Source: Clostridia bacterium (GTDB lineage Bacteria; Bacillota; Clostridia; Oscillospirales; CAG-272). From it: 64,000 bases of DNA. This document shows, piece after piece, positions 8,223 to 18,444 of the stretch (its first letter is position 1; each line of letters starts with the position of its first letter). Location of the stretch: positions 258,738 through 322,737 of the forward strand of contig JAFVQU010000020.1 of NCBI GenBank assembly GCA_017504625.1, given 5' to 3'. The notes under the pieces are model-generated. The model was not told the origin of the DNA. It did no database searches and saw only the letters and a list, made by a program, of their open reading frames with translations. The translations under genes and the position numbers were made by a program.

Positions 8223-11200
8223 TTATTTCACCACCACATTATCGTCGCCGAGGATCTTTTGAAGCTCCTTTATTGCGACCTCGGAATAGAACATTCTCTC
8301 GCTGTATTCCGAGTATTTTGCAGTGCTTTGATCATAGAAGATCACACGGATAGTTCCCTCGTTGAATATATCCACCATGTTTTTAGCCTTTTTGAAGGCT
8401 TCGCCCGACATTTCGGGAACACGGAGATAGATTTTGCTCGGTGTCACATTACTTTGTGTGCTTGTTGCTCGCGCTACACTCGGCTTTGCCTGTTCTGCTC
8501 TTGCAGGTGTGGGTGCAGGCGTCGGAGCCGGTGCGGGTGTACTTGATGATGCACCCATATACATAGACATATACATTGAAAAACGAGTAGCGTCAGGTAC
8601 TTGTGTGTTCTGTGTATGCTCTTGTGTTGCTGAATTTGATGCGGAGGGCGCTACACTTGTCTGAATAGCGGATGCGTCTGCTTTCTTTTTGTATGCCTTA
8701 TTCTCCACCAAGCTGAGAATATTATTGACAAGTATCTTTGGAGCTTCTTCGTCTTTTAGCGAGATAGTTCCATCAATAGCAATAGCCGCGTCAACGTATA
8801 TTTCGTGGTAAAGCTCGTTATATTTCTTCGGGAAAACGATACACTCGATCTCACCAACCTTATCCTCAAGCGTAAGGAATGCCATACGTTCATCGTTTTT
8901 AGTTGATTTTAGAGTCACCGAATTAACGATACCTGCAACCTTAACCTTGCTTCTGTCGGCATATATAAGCTCGCCGTCCTCGTCATGCTCAAATATATTT
9001 GCAATCGTTACTGTATCAACATCTTCAATATGCTTTGAATATCCGTCAAGCAGATGTCCCGAGAAATACATTCCGGATGCTTCCTTTTCAAGCAAAAGCA
9101 TCTCTCGCATATCAAATTCCGGGATATCGGGATAGGTGAAGGTCGGAGCCTCAATCGAGCCTATTGAGAACATATCGATCTGTCCCGCTGGATTATACCT
9201 GTTCTTTTGCTGAACACTGTCGATGATGGTTTCATAAGATGAGAGCAACTGTGAACGGTAAACTCCCAGTCCGTCAAACGCGCCACACTTGATGAATGCT
9301 TCAACCTGACGCTTGTTGAGATCGGTCACACTGCTCATTCGCTCAACAAAGTTGTCAAATGAGGTAAATCTGCCCGAGTTTCTCTCGCGGATTATCGACT
9401 CAATAAACTGTCTGCCGACGTTTTTTAGTGCCAAAAGACCAAATCTGATGTTTCCGTCATCAGCATCTGCGGCAAAATCAACTCGGCTTCCGTTTATGTC
9501 GGGAGGAAGCACCGAAATACCAAATTTCGAGCTTTCGGCAATATATTCTGCTGCCTTAACTTGATTGCCAAGTACGCTCGTCAGAAGCGCCGCCATATAC
9601 TCTCCCGTATAATGTGCTTTGAGATAAGCGGTACGGTAAGAAATCACCGCATAAGCCGCCGCGTGCGCCTTGTTAAAGGCGTAATTTGCAAAGCTTGCCA
9701 TATCGTCAAAGAGCTTTTCTGCCTTCTTTGCATCAATGCCGTTTGACTTTGCGCCATTGATAAACGCCTCTCTCTCTGCTTCAAGGACGTCTGCTTTTTT
9801 CTTTGACATAGCGCGGCGCACGATGTCCGCGTGACCGAAGGTGTACCCCGCAATCGTGCGGAATATGCTCATTACCTGCTCCTGATATACGGTACAGCCG
9901 TATGTCGAGCGTAATATCGGTTCAAGCTCGGGAATATCGTAGGTAACCTTCGACGCGTCGTGTCTGCATTCGATAAATCGAGGGATCGAATCCATGGGAC
10001 CCGGGCGGTAGAGCGAAATTACCGAAATAACGTCGTCTATCGATTCAGGGCGAAGATTTTGGAGTACCTGCTTCATTCCGGCGGATTCAAGCTGGAATAT
10101 TCCCGCGGTTTCTCCGCGAGAGATAAGCTCAAAGGTTTTTTTGTCATTGAAATCAAGCTTTTCAATGTCAAAGTCGGGATTTTTTTCTTTTATCTGCTTG
10201 CATGCATCGTCAATTATTGTAAGATAACGAAGCGCCAAAAAGTCGAACTTCAACAGTCCGAGATTGGCTATTGTATCCATATCAAACTGTGTTACGAGCG
10301 TACCGTTGCTGACGGACAAAGGAACGTAGTCTGATATAGGCTTGTCCGTGATTACAACACCGGCGGCGTGTACCGATATATTTCTCGGCATACCCTCAAG
10401 CATAATTGCGGTGTCGACAAGCTTTTTGATCTTTTCAGAGCCTTCATAAAGTTCTTTTAACGCAGGAAAACGCAGAGCTTGCTTTAACGTGATGCCAAGC
10501 TCCTGAGGTATTGCCTTAGCAACCACGTCAACGTCGGAATACGGCATACCCATTGCGCGACCGCAATCGCGGATAGCAGCCTTTGCCGCAAGTGTACCAA
10601 ACGTAATTATTTGTGATACGTGATCTCTGCCGTATTTTTCGGTTACGTACTCGATGACCTCGTCGCGTCGGTTGTAACAGAAATCCATATCAATATCGGG
10701 CATACTGACTCGCTCGGGATTGAGGAATCGCTCAAAGAGCAGATCGAACTTGATCGAGTCAATATCGGTGATTCCAAGAAGATATGCAACAAGGCTCCCC
10801 GCACCCGAGCCTCTGCCTGGACCTACGGGAATATTAGACCTCTTTGCAAAGCCAACGTAGTCTTGCACTATAAGAAAATAGTCAGCGTATCCCATCGTAT
10901 TGATGACGGAAAGCTCGTATTCTATTCTCTCTTTATATTCTTCTTCGGTGTGAGAATAATTATTGTCAAAAATAATGTGGTTTCGCGCGCGTCTGCTTTC
11001 AAGCCCTTTATAAGTAAGCTCACGAAGATATTCCTCAGCCGATTTTCCGTTAGGGCATGGGAATTTAGGTAGGCATACTTTATCAAATTCAAGCTCAAGC
11101 TGACACATATCGGCAATCTTGACTGTGTTCTCAATTGCACCCTCGTAATCAGCGTAGATGCGCTTCATTTCGTCGGTTGTCTTTATATAATAGTCGTTTA

Positions 11201-11915
11201 CGTCAAAGCTTGGCTTGTTGGGGCTATCAAGCGTGGTATTTGTCTGAATGCACATGAGTACTTCCTGTGTTTCGGAGTCCTGACGTCGCAAATAGTGGCA
11301 GTCGTTAGTCGCAACCATAGGAAGTCCACATTCGCGTGCTAATTTCGCAAGCACGGGAACAAGCTGTTTGGTTTCCTCCGTGCCGTGATCCTGAAGCTCT
11401 ATATAATAGTTATCCTTGCCGAATATTTCAGCGTATTTGAGCGCGGTGTTTTTTGCGCTCTCGTAATCACCTGCTGACAAAAGTCGCGGGATCTTACCGG
11501 AAAGACAAGCAGATAAGGCGATCAAGCCTTCACTGTGCGAACGCAAAAGCTCCTCGTCCACACGCGGCTTTGAATAAAATCCCTCGGTAAATCCTTTTGA
11601 AACAAGACGAATAAGATTTTTATATCCCGTCATGTTCTTGCACAAAAGAACGAGATGATAATAGGAATCAGCAGAGCTTCGCTTATCAAATCGTGACGTA
11701 GGCGCAACGTATACCTCGCATCCGATTATAGGCTTTATTCCCTCTTTTTTGCAGGTTTTATAAAATTCAATCACACCGTACATATTACCGTGGTCGGTGA
11801 TAGCGACGGCATCCTGATCACATTCTCTGATTCTTTCAGGAATGTCTTTGATACGGCACGCGCCGTCAAGAAGACTGTATTCTGTATGCAGGTGAAGATG
11901 TACGAATTCTCCCAT
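8223..11915 (-). CDS. dnaE: DNA polymerase III alpha subunit (DnaE type, N-terminal PHP domain)
   Basis: The N-terminus FVHLHLHTEYSLLDG is a PHP domain. PDIDMDF is the polymerase core motif. The protein has an HhH and OB region and is 1230 aa long. Confidence 0.95.
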   Translation of the reverse strand: MGEFVHLHLHTEYSLLDGACRIKDIPERIRECDQDAVAITDHGNMYGVIEFYKTCKKEGIKPIIGCEVYVAPTSRFDKRSSADSYYHLVLLCKNMTGYKNLIRLVSKGFTEGFYSKPRVDEELLRSHSEGLIALSACLSGKIPRLLSAGDYESAKNTALKYAEIFGKDNYYIELQDHGTEETKQLVPVLAKLARECGLPMVATNDCHYLRRQDSETQEVLMCIQTNTTLDSPNKPSFDVNDYYIKTTDEMKRIYADYEGAIENTVKIADMCQLELEFDKVCLPKFPCPNGKSAEEYLRELTYKGLESRRARNHIIFDNNYSHTEEEYKERIEYELSVINTMGYADYFLIVQDYVGFAKRSNIPVGPGRGSGAGSLVAYLLGITDIDSIKFDLLFERFLNPERVSMPDIDMDFCYNRRDEVIEYVTEKYGRDHVSQIITFGTLAAKAAIRDCGRAMGMPYSDVDVVAKAIPQELGITLKQALRFPALKELYEGSEKIKKLVDTAIMLEGMPRNISVHAAGVVITDKPISDYVPLSVSNGTLVTQFDMDTIANLGLLKFDFLALRYLTIIDDACKQIKEKNPDFDIEKLDFNDKKTFELISRGETAGIFQLESAGMKQVLQNLRPESIDDVISVISLYRPGPMDSIPRFIECRHDASKVTYDIPELEPILRSTYGCTVYQEQVMSIFRTIAGYTFGHADIVRRAMSKKKADVLEAEREAFINGAKSNGIDAKKAEKLFDDMASFANYAFNKAHAAAYAVISYRTAYLKAHYTGEYMAALLTSVLGNQVKAAEYIAESSKFGISVLPPDINGSRVDFAADADDGNIRFGLLALKNVGRQFIESIIRERNSGRFTSFDNFVERMSSVTDLNKRQVEAFIKCGAFDGLGVYRSQLLSSYETIIDSVQQKNRYNPAGQIDMFSIGSIEAPTFTYPDIPEFDMREMLLLEKEASGMYFSGHLLDGYSKHIEDVDTVTIANIFEHDEDGELIYADRSKVKVAGIVNSVTLKSTKNDERMAFLTLEDKVGEIECIVFPKKYNELYHEIYVDAAIAIDGTISLKDEEAPKILVNNILSLVENKAYKKKADASAIQTSVAPSASNSATQEHTQNTQVPDATRFSMYMSMYMGASSSTPAPAPTPAPTPARAEQAKPSVARATSTQSNVTPSKIYLRVPEMSGEAFKKAKNMVDIFNEGTIRVIFYDQSTAKYSEYSERMFYSEVAIKELQKILGDDNVVVK

Positions 11916-11937
11916 AGCGCATTACCTTTCCTTAAAT

Positions 11938-12834
11938 TTAAATAAGTTTTCTTTTTTTAGCCTCTTCGGCTATCTTTGAAAGTCTGTGGCTCAGTCCCGA
12001 TTTGGATATAGGCGGATTATGAAGCTCTGCAAGCTCTGAAAGCGTTGCCTCAGGATATTCAAGCCGCAATTCCGCTGTGACTAGGATTTCTCTTGACAGA
12101 TCCTCAAGGAACCCGTTTTCCTTGAGCTTTTCAATCGCGGTGATCTGTTGTTGAATAGCCTCAACCGTTTTAAGTATATTTTTCGCAACGCAATTCGTGG
12201 CGCGATTTTCAAGATTTCTTATATCCTTTTCGATTTGTGAATTGAGCAGTACAAAGAGCGTGTTATTTGCTCCGCATGCAGTCAGAAAATCTTCAATTGC
12301 AGACTCATTTCGGTAAAAGAGTCCTGTTTTGCCGTTGCGAGAGGTTTTACTTGGCGCGATAAGTCCCATACTTTCTATTATATTGCTTATCAACAATGCA
12401 CGGGCTTCATTAGGAGCCTGGATCTCAAGGCTATACGATTTATGAGGATCGCTTATGCTTCCTCTGGCGGCGAAAACCCCGCGTATGAACGTAATATTGC
12501 ATTCCTTACAAGATAAGTATGCAGATGCGTTGCCTTCTTGCGAGAAGGCGTCAGAAAATGCCAGAAATTCTGAAATTCGAGGTGATTCAAACGTTAATAC
12601 TGATGCAGAATAGCATCCGCGCTTTATATTTTTAATTTCAGGAGTGATTTTATATATGGTCTTTAAAAAATAGCAGACCTGCTCTACGCTTGAGTCGTCT
12701 GTAAGAGTAAGCGTTATAGTACCGTTATTATCCTCTGCAAACAGCATTGCACCGAAAAGGTAAGCCTTTTTACAGCAGTTGCTCTTTATTTTAATAGCGT
12801 TAAGCTCAGTTTTGACATCTGATGAAAAGGACAT
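11938..12834 (-). CDS. whiA: DNA-binding protein WhiA
   Basis: MSFSSDVKTEL.. is the canonical WhiA N-terminus, and there is a C-terminal HTH (LSKSGLSHRL). The start is placed at ATG 12834 because GGAG lies 5-6 nt upstream. The listed ATG at 12846 has no RBS. Confidence 0.9.
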   Translation of the reverse strand: MSFSSDVKTELNAIKIKSNCCKKAYLFGAMLFAEDNNGTITLTLTDDSSVEQVCYFLKTIYKITPEIKNIKRGCYSASVLTFESPRISEFLAFSDAFSQEGNASAYLSCKECNITFIRGVFAARGSISDPHKSYSLEIQAPNEARALLISNIIESMGLIAPSKTSRNGKTGLFYRNESAIEDFLTACGANNTLFVLLNSQIEKDIRNLENRATNCVAKNILKTVEAIQQQITAIEKLKENGFLEDLSREILVTAELRLEYPEATLSELAELHNPPISKSGLSHRLSKIAEEAKKRKLI

Positions 12835-12868
12835 TTTTATCTCCATTATGCCGCTTTAGCGGTTATTT

Positions 12869-13777
12869 TCAGTACGGAATATAGATTATCTCGCTTTCAA
12901 GATCCACACCGTATTTTTCTTTTACAATGTTCTGTATGTGCTCAATAAGCTCAAGCACGTCGCGACTTGTGGCACCGCCTCGGTTAATAAGAAATCCCGC
13001 GTGCTTTTCGGATACCTGCGCACCGCCGACAGTATAGCCCTTAAGCTCGGCATCCTCTATGAGTTTGCCTGCAAAGTGTCCTGCGGGGCGTTTAAACGTA
13101 CTGCCCGCGTTGGGATATTCAAGCGGCTGCTTTTCGCGGCGAGAGGACATATTTTTGTTCATAAGGTTGAATATTTCCTCAGCATCGCCCCTTTTCAGCT
13201 TCAGAAGTGTTGAAATAACGATATGCTCGGGATGATCGTGAAATATGCTGTGTCTGTATGAGAAGTCGTGTGATGCGGCATCTAAGGTAACGAAGGAATT
13301 ATTTAAGGTGTCGTAATATTCGCTTTCAATGACGATGTCCGACATTTCTCCACCGTATGCACCGGCATTCATGTATATAGCGCCGCCGACGCTTCCCGGA
13401 ATTCCGTAAGCAAATTCAAGTCCTGTGAGCGAATGCTTTTTTCCAACGTCACCCGCAAGCTCTGTAAGATTACGACCGCATTCTACGCGAATAAGCGTCT
13501 CATCGGCGCGGTGTACGTATTCGACGTTGTTCATGTATTTGGTGAATATGATAGCACCTTCATAGCCCTTGTCATCAAAAAGAACGTTACTGCCGTGTCC
13601 GATAACCTTATATTTCATGCCGCTTTCCTTGATCGACGTGATTGCCGACGTAAGCTCAGCCTTATCCTTCGGAAATACGGCAAACGTCGCCGCGCCGCCG
13701 ATTCGGAAGGTTGAATGCTTTGATAATATTTCGTTTTCCCTGACCTCAATATTAAGGTCGAAGTTGGGTCTCTTCAT
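12869..13777 (-). CDS. murB: UDP-N-acetylenolpyruvoylglucosamine reductase
   Basis: FAD-binding region HSTFRIGG, plus GSNVLF and GSVGGAIYMNAGAYG. ATG 13777 (AAAGGA RBS) is preferred over the listed TTG at 13807. Confidence 0.9.
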   Translation of the reverse strand: MKRPNFDLNIEVRENEILSKHSTFRIGGAATFAVFPKDKAELTSAITSIKESGMKYKVIGHGSNVLFDDKGYEGAIIFTKYMNNVEYVHRADETLIRVECGRNLTELAGDVGKKHSLTGLEFAYGIPGSVGGAIYMNAGAYGGEMSDIVIESEYYDTLNNSFVTLDAASHDFSYRHSIFHDHPEHIVISTLLKLKRGDAEEIFNLMNKNMSSRREKQPLEYPNAGSTFKRPAGHFAGKLIEDAELKGYTVGGAQVSEKHAGFLINRGGATSRDVLELIEHIQNIVKEKYGVDLESEIIYIPY

Positions 13778-13803
13778 TCGCGTGATCCTTTCGGGGATAA
13801 AAA

Positions 13804-14490
13804 TCAAAGTAGAATTTTCTCAAGCTCTGATAACTCGTTTATGACGTAATTGATTTTCATGTTTTCAGGGACTTTCTTTTTTTTCGGATTGAACCAACAG
13901 GTATCGATTTCCGCATTGATTCCTCCCTGCATATCCGACGTCAATGAGTCGCCGATTATGATAGCCTTTTGTGCGTCATAATCAGGAATGAGCTTGCTTA
14001 CAGCTTCAAAATATTTAATGCTCGGTTTTTCATATCCAATGTCCTCTGAGATAAAGCAATCGTCAAAGAACTTAAATACGGGCGACGGGAAAAGTCTTCC
14101 CTCCTGCACCTGCTTTTGTCCGTTTGTAACGAGGTACATTCTGAATTTACCGTAGAGCTTTTGACATATTTCAATCGCTCCATCAAGCTCGTATGATTTC
14201 GTTGTAAGTGAATCAATGTATTTTTTGCTCAGAGCAACGGCATCGCAATCAAACCCATAAAAATCTATGAGAGTCTGCCAACGCGCATCGTAAAGCTTGC
14301 TTTTTTCAATTTCTCCGCGTTCAAGCATTTGCCAATATCCGTCGTTTATTTCTGAATATTTTTCTATTATCTCGTCAGATGCGGGAATTCCGAAGCACGT
14401 AAGGCTTTCAATTACCGCTTCTTTTTCTGAGCGCTTGAAATCAAGCAAGGTAGCGTCTGCATCAAACAAAAGTATCTCGTATTTTGACAT
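13804..14490 (-). CDS. HAD-family hydrolase, YjjG-like 5-prime nucleotidase
   Basis: HAD motifs are LLFDADATLLDF, VTNG and IIGDSLTSD. ATG 14490 (MSKYEILLFD) is preferred because a GGAGAG RBS lies upstream. Confidence 0.8.
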   Translation of the reverse strand: MSKYEILLFDADATLLDFKRSEKEAVIESLTCFGIPASDEIIEKYSEINDGYWQMLERGEIEKSKLYDARWQTLIDFYGFDCDAVALSKKYIDSLTTKSYELDGAIEICQKLYGKFRMYLVTNGQKQVQEGRLFPSPVFKFFDDCFISEDIGYEKPSIKYFEAVSKLIPDYDAQKAIIIGDSLTSDMQGGINAEIDTCWFNPKKKKVPENMKINYVINELSELEKILL

Positions 14491-14651
14491 CTTATTATAT
14501 CTCTCCAACGTTGACATTCTTAATACTTATTATACAATAAAAAAAGCAACTTTGCAACAGCAAATTCGCAAGTTTTTTGCATGCAATGAACAAACAAGCT
14601 TCTCATGGAAAATATATTGCTAAAAAAGTAGATATTTGTGTATTATCCCCC

Positions 14652-14680
14652 TTGAATTATTTTATAAAATGTATTATAAT
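14652..14680 (+). promoter_or_regulatory. SigA-type promoter TTGAAT-N17-TATAAT
   Basis: TTGAAT at 14652-14657, a 17 nt spacer, and TATAAT at 14675-14680, upstream of coaE. Confidence 0.5.
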
Positions 14681-14740
14681 ATAATATATGTGCTTTTTTA
14701 TCTGATGAAAAAATCGCAAAACATGGAAAGGAGAATTCAG

Positions 14741-15349
14741 ATGTTTATTATCGGTGTTACCGGACCAAGCGGTGCCGGTAAAGGTGTATTGTCCAATATT
14801 CTCTCTTCCCTTGGTATGTGTGTGATCGATGCCGACCAAGTTTATCATGATGTAATTACTCCGCCGTCAGAATGTCTTTGCGAGCTTGTGCGTGAGTTTG
14901 GTATCCGGATATTGAACGATGACGGAACGCTTGACCGTAAGGCTTTGGCTTCAATCGTTTTCGGTGAAAATAACAAGGATAAGCTATTGAAGCTCAATTC
15001 AATTTCGCACAAATACGTTGCTGAAAGAATTAATACGAAGATAGATGAGTATAACTCTAACGGTGAAGGATTTTGCGTTATAGATGCTCCTCTTCTCATT
15101 GAAGCGGGACTGCACGGTGAATGCGATCTTACGATCTCGGTTCTGGCAGATAAGAGCCTGCGCCTTGAAAGGATATCCAAGCGTGACGGCATTTCTCTTG
15201 ATTCTGCTGCGGCAAGAATTAACTCACAAAAGGACGATGAATTTTATATTTCCAACACTGACTGTGCCCTGTATAATAACTCTGACGCAGAAAAAATGCG
15301 AGAGGAAGTTATAAAGCTTCTACATGAGAGAAAGTGTGGCGGATTATGA
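14741..15349 (+). CDS. coaE: Dephospho-CoA kinase
   Basis: MFIIGVTGPSGAGKG is a P-loop at the extreme N-terminus, as in CoaE. ATG 14741 is preceded by GGAAAGGAG, and the listed 5-prime extension has no RBS. Confidence 0.9.
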   Translation: MFIIGVTGPSGAGKGVLSNILSSLGMCVIDADQVYHDVITPPSECLCELVREFGIRILNDDGTLDRKALASIVFGENNKDKLLKLNSISHKYVAERINTKIDEYNSNGEGFCVIDAPLLIEAGLHGECDLTISVLADKSLRLERISKRDGISLDSAAARINSQKDDEFYISNTDCALYNNSDAEKMREEVIKLLHERKCGGL

Positions 15350-15936
15350 GAAGTAAACGACGTAAAATACACTACGGCAAAGTAATTCCCGTCATATTGA
15401 TAATTTCTATCGTGTTTGGTTTTGCGTTTGATTTTATTTGTACCAAAATCGAGCAATCTATTTATCCTAAGCCCCCGGAGTATGCAAGCTTCGTAGCCGA
15501 ATACTCGCAAAAATACAGAGTGCCCGAAAATCTTGTCTACGCGGTTATAAAGACCGAAAGCAAATTTGATTCGTCTGCTGAGTCAAGCGTTGGCGCAATC
15601 GGACTTATGCAGATGATGCCTGACACGTTTTTGTGGCTTGCAAAGGATAAGCTCGGTGACAAATTCCCCGCCGGTATGCTTTACGATGCCGAAACAAATA
15701 TTAAATATGGGGTGTATTATCTTTCGTGGCTATACGATAGATATTCTGACTGGGATATCGCGCTTGCCGCGTACAACGCAGGACTCGGTAATGTTGACAA
15801 ATGGCTTGAGGATCCTGAAATATCCGATCTTGAAAGCGGAAAGCTTATTAATATTCCCTTTAAGGAAACACGGGAATACGTAAAAAAGGTAAACAAGGCG
15901 CTTGAAAAATACGATCGCCTTTACAATGAAAAATAA
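15346..15936 (+). CDS. Lytic transglycosylase (SLT domain), membrane anchored
   Basis: Catalytic block is ESKFD..GAIGLMQMMPDT, followed by AYNAG. ATG 15346 overlaps the coaE stop as ATGA. Confidence 0.85.
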   Translation: MRSKRRKIHYGKVIPVILIISIVFGFAFDFICTKIEQSIYPKPPEYASFVAEYSQKYRVPENLVYAVIKTESKFDSSAESSVGAIGLMQMMPDTFLWLAKDKLGDKFPAGMLYDAETNIKYGVYYLSWLYDRYSDWDIALAAYNAGLGNVDKWLEDPEISDLESGKLINIPFKETREYVKKVNKALEKYDRLYNEK

Positions 15937-15967
15937 AATAGTTACATAAAACGAAAGGAAAAATAAA

Positions 15968-17341
15968 ATGAGTAACGAATTGCTTTACAAAAGAACAAAT
16001 TTTTATGAAGTTGCCGACGAAGCGGAGATAAACGCCGCTTACGACTACTGTGAAGGCTACAAGACCTATCTTGATGAGTGCAAGACCGAGAGAGAAGCTG
16101 TTAAGTATTCCATCAAGCTCGCTGAGGAAAAAGGCTATAAGCCCTATTCCTTTGGTATGCCTATGAAAGCGGGCGACAAGTTCTATTATAACAATCGCGG
16201 CAGAAATCTTTATCTTTTCAGAATCGGTAGTGAGGACATAAACAACGGTATCAGAATCGTGGCTTCTCACATTGATAGCCCCAGACTTGACTTCAAGCAG
16301 GTTCCGATCTATGAGGAAGGTGGCTTCTGCTTTGCAAAGACTCACTACTACGGCGGTGTTCGTAAGTACCAGTGGGTTGCTATGCCCTTAGCTCTTCACG
16401 GAACTGTTGCAAAGAAGGACGGCACTACGGTTGATATCAAGATCGGTGACGAGGCGGGAGATCCCGTATTCTACATCAACGATCTTCTTCCCCATCTTGC
16501 TAAGGAGCAGAGCGCAAAGCCGTTGGGACAAGCTATTCCCGCTGAGAGCCTTAACATTCTCCTCGGCTCAAGACCTCTTAACGACACCGAGGAAAGCAAT
16601 AAGATCAAGATGAATATTCTCACGATACTCAATGAAAAGTACGGTATTGTTGAGGAGGACTTCCTCTCTGCAGATATTTTCGTGGTTCCCGCCGCAAACG
16701 CAAGCGACGTAGGCTTTGACCGCTCACTTATCTCTGCGTACGGACACGACGACAGAGTTTGCGCATATCCTTCCCTTACCGCTCTCTTTGAATCCGATGC
16801 GAGCGAGCATACCCTTATGGTAGTTCTTGCTGACAAGGAGGAGATCGGCAGTGAGGGTAATACCGGTATGCAGTGCGCACTCTTCACTGATATTATGGGC
16901 GCGATCACAGAGGCTATGGGCGGTAATCTTTACACGGTAAAGGCTAACTCCAAGTGCTTATCCTCCGACGTTAACGCTTGCTTCGATCCTAACTTTGCAA
17001 GTGTTTACGAGAGCATGAATGCCGCAAAGATTAACTGCGGTATCACCATGTCCAAATACACAGGTAGCGGCGGTAAGGGCGGTACTAACGATGCTCCCGC
17101 TGAGTATATCGCTTGGATAAGAAAGATCTATGAGGAAAACGGCGTCATCTGGCAGACCGCAGAGCTTGGTAAGACTGACCAGGGCGGCGGTGGAACCGTT
17201 GCAAAGTATATTGCAAAGCACAATATTGAAACCGTCGATCTCGGTGTTGGCGTTATCAGCATGCATGCTCCCTACGAGGTAGTTGCAAAGGCAGACGTTT
17301 ATACTGCTCACAAAGCGTTCCTTGCTTTCAATATCGCTTAA
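15968..17341 (+). CDS. M18-family aminopeptidase
   Basis: Motifs SHIDSPRLDFK, DKEEIGSEG and ISMHAP, and a length of 457 aa, fit aspartyl/M18 aminopeptidases. Confidence 0.8.
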   Translation: MSNELLYKRTNFYEVADEAEINAAYDYCEGYKTYLDECKTEREAVKYSIKLAEEKGYKPYSFGMPMKAGDKFYYNNRGRNLYLFRIGSEDINNGIRIVASHIDSPRLDFKQVPIYEEGGFCFAKTHYYGGVRKYQWVAMPLALHGTVAKKDGTTVDIKIGDEAGDPVFYINDLLPHLAKEQSAKPLGQAIPAESLNILLGSRPLNDTEESNKIKMNILTILNEKYGIVEEDFLSADIFVVPAANASDVGFDRSLISAYGHDDRVCAYPSLTALFESDASEHTLMVVLADKEEIGSEGNTGMQCALFTDIMGAITEAMGGNLYTVKANSKCLSSDVNACFDPNFASVYESMNAAKINCGITMSKYTGSGGKGGTNDAPAEYIAWIRKIYEENGVIWQTAELGKTDQGGGGTVAKYIAKHNIETVDLGVGVISMHAPYEVVAKADVYTAHKAFLAFNIA

Positions 17342-17344
17342 TTT

Positions 17345-18427
17345 ATGTTTGAAAAACTCGTATCCACGGTCGAAAAATACGACCGACTTGAGTATGAGCT
17401 GGCAAATAATACCGCGCTTATTACCGATGCGCAATCCTATGCAAAGGCGATCAAGGAATATCACTCTTTGACTCCGGTGGTTGAAAAATACCGTGAGTAC
17501 AAGCGAGCTGAGAGTGATATTTCAGACGCCCTTGCAATAATTGAGGAAGCCGATGATGACGATATGCGCGAGCTTGCTCAGGCAGAGCTCAAGGATGCAA
17601 AAGCGCGTCTTGAAATTCTTTCCGGCGAGCTTACGGTTCTCCTTTTGCCGCGTGACCCCAATGATGACAAGAATATTATCGTTGAAATACGAGCAGGTGC
17701 AGGTGGCGAGGAGGCGGCGCTATTTGCCGCGGTTCTCTACCGCATGTATTCGATGTACGCCGCAACGGTCGGCTTTAAGGTAACTGTTGCAAACGCGAAT
17801 GAAACCGAGCTTGGAGGCTACAAGGAAATATGCTTTACCGTTGAGGGTGACGGAGCGTATTCACGCTTTAAGTTTGAATCCGGAGTTCATAGAGTCCAAA
17901 GAGTTCCCGAGACCGAGTCACAGGGCAGAATTCAGACCTCTACGGCAACTGTTGCGGTGCTTCCCGAGGTTGAGGACGTTGAGATTGAGATCAAAGAGTC
18001 TGATCTTATATTTGAATCCTGTAAGTCAAGCGGTGCAGGCGGTCAGCATATCAACAAAACCGAATCAGCGGTCAGATTGACGCATAAGCCTTCGGGCATT
18101 GTCGTTGAATGCCAGGAAGAACGCTCGCAGTTCAAAAACAAGGACAAGGCGCTTAAAATGCTCCGAGCAAAGCTTTATGACATAAAGCAACGTGAGCAAT
18201 CTGAAAAGGTGGCGTCAGATAGACGCAGTCAAGTCGGAACGGGTGACCGAAGCGAAAAAATACGCACCTATAACTATCCGCAAAACAGAGTAACCGACCA
18301 TAGAATCGGACTTACTCTCCATTCGCTTGATAGCTTTATAAACGGTAACATAGGGTCGATGATAGATTCACTTATCGCCGCCGATACCGCAGAAAAGCTA
18401 AAAGCGGAAAACAATGAAAATTACTAA
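17345..18427 (+). CDS. prfA: Peptide chain release factor 1
   Basis: GGQ motif SGAGGQHINKTESAVRLTH and a PET-type tripeptide region (VPETE). Confidence 0.95.
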   Translation: MFEKLVSTVEKYDRLEYELANNTALITDAQSYAKAIKEYHSLTPVVEKYREYKRAESDISDALAIIEEADDDDMRELAQAELKDAKARLEILSGELTVLLLPRDPNDDKNIIVEIRAGAGGEEAALFAAVLYRMYSMYAATVGFKVTVANANETELGGYKEICFTVEGDGAYSRFKFESGVHRVQRVPETESQGRIQTSTATVAVLPEVEDVEIEIKESDLIFESCKSSGAGGQHINKTESAVRLTHKPSGIVVECQEERSQFKNKDKALKMLRAKLYDIKQREQSEKVASDRRSQVGTGDRSEKIRTYNYPQNRVTDHRIGLTLHSLDSFINGNIGSMIDSLIAADTAEKLKAENNENY

Positions 18428-18444
18428 ATGACAGGAGTCGCCGT

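Noticed and set aside
8434-8664. A Gly/Ala/Val-repeat ORF (GVGAGVGAGAGV) on the plus strand.
   Set aside because: It is a mirror image of the Pro/Ala/Thr low-complexity linker of DnaE on the other strand, not an independent gene.
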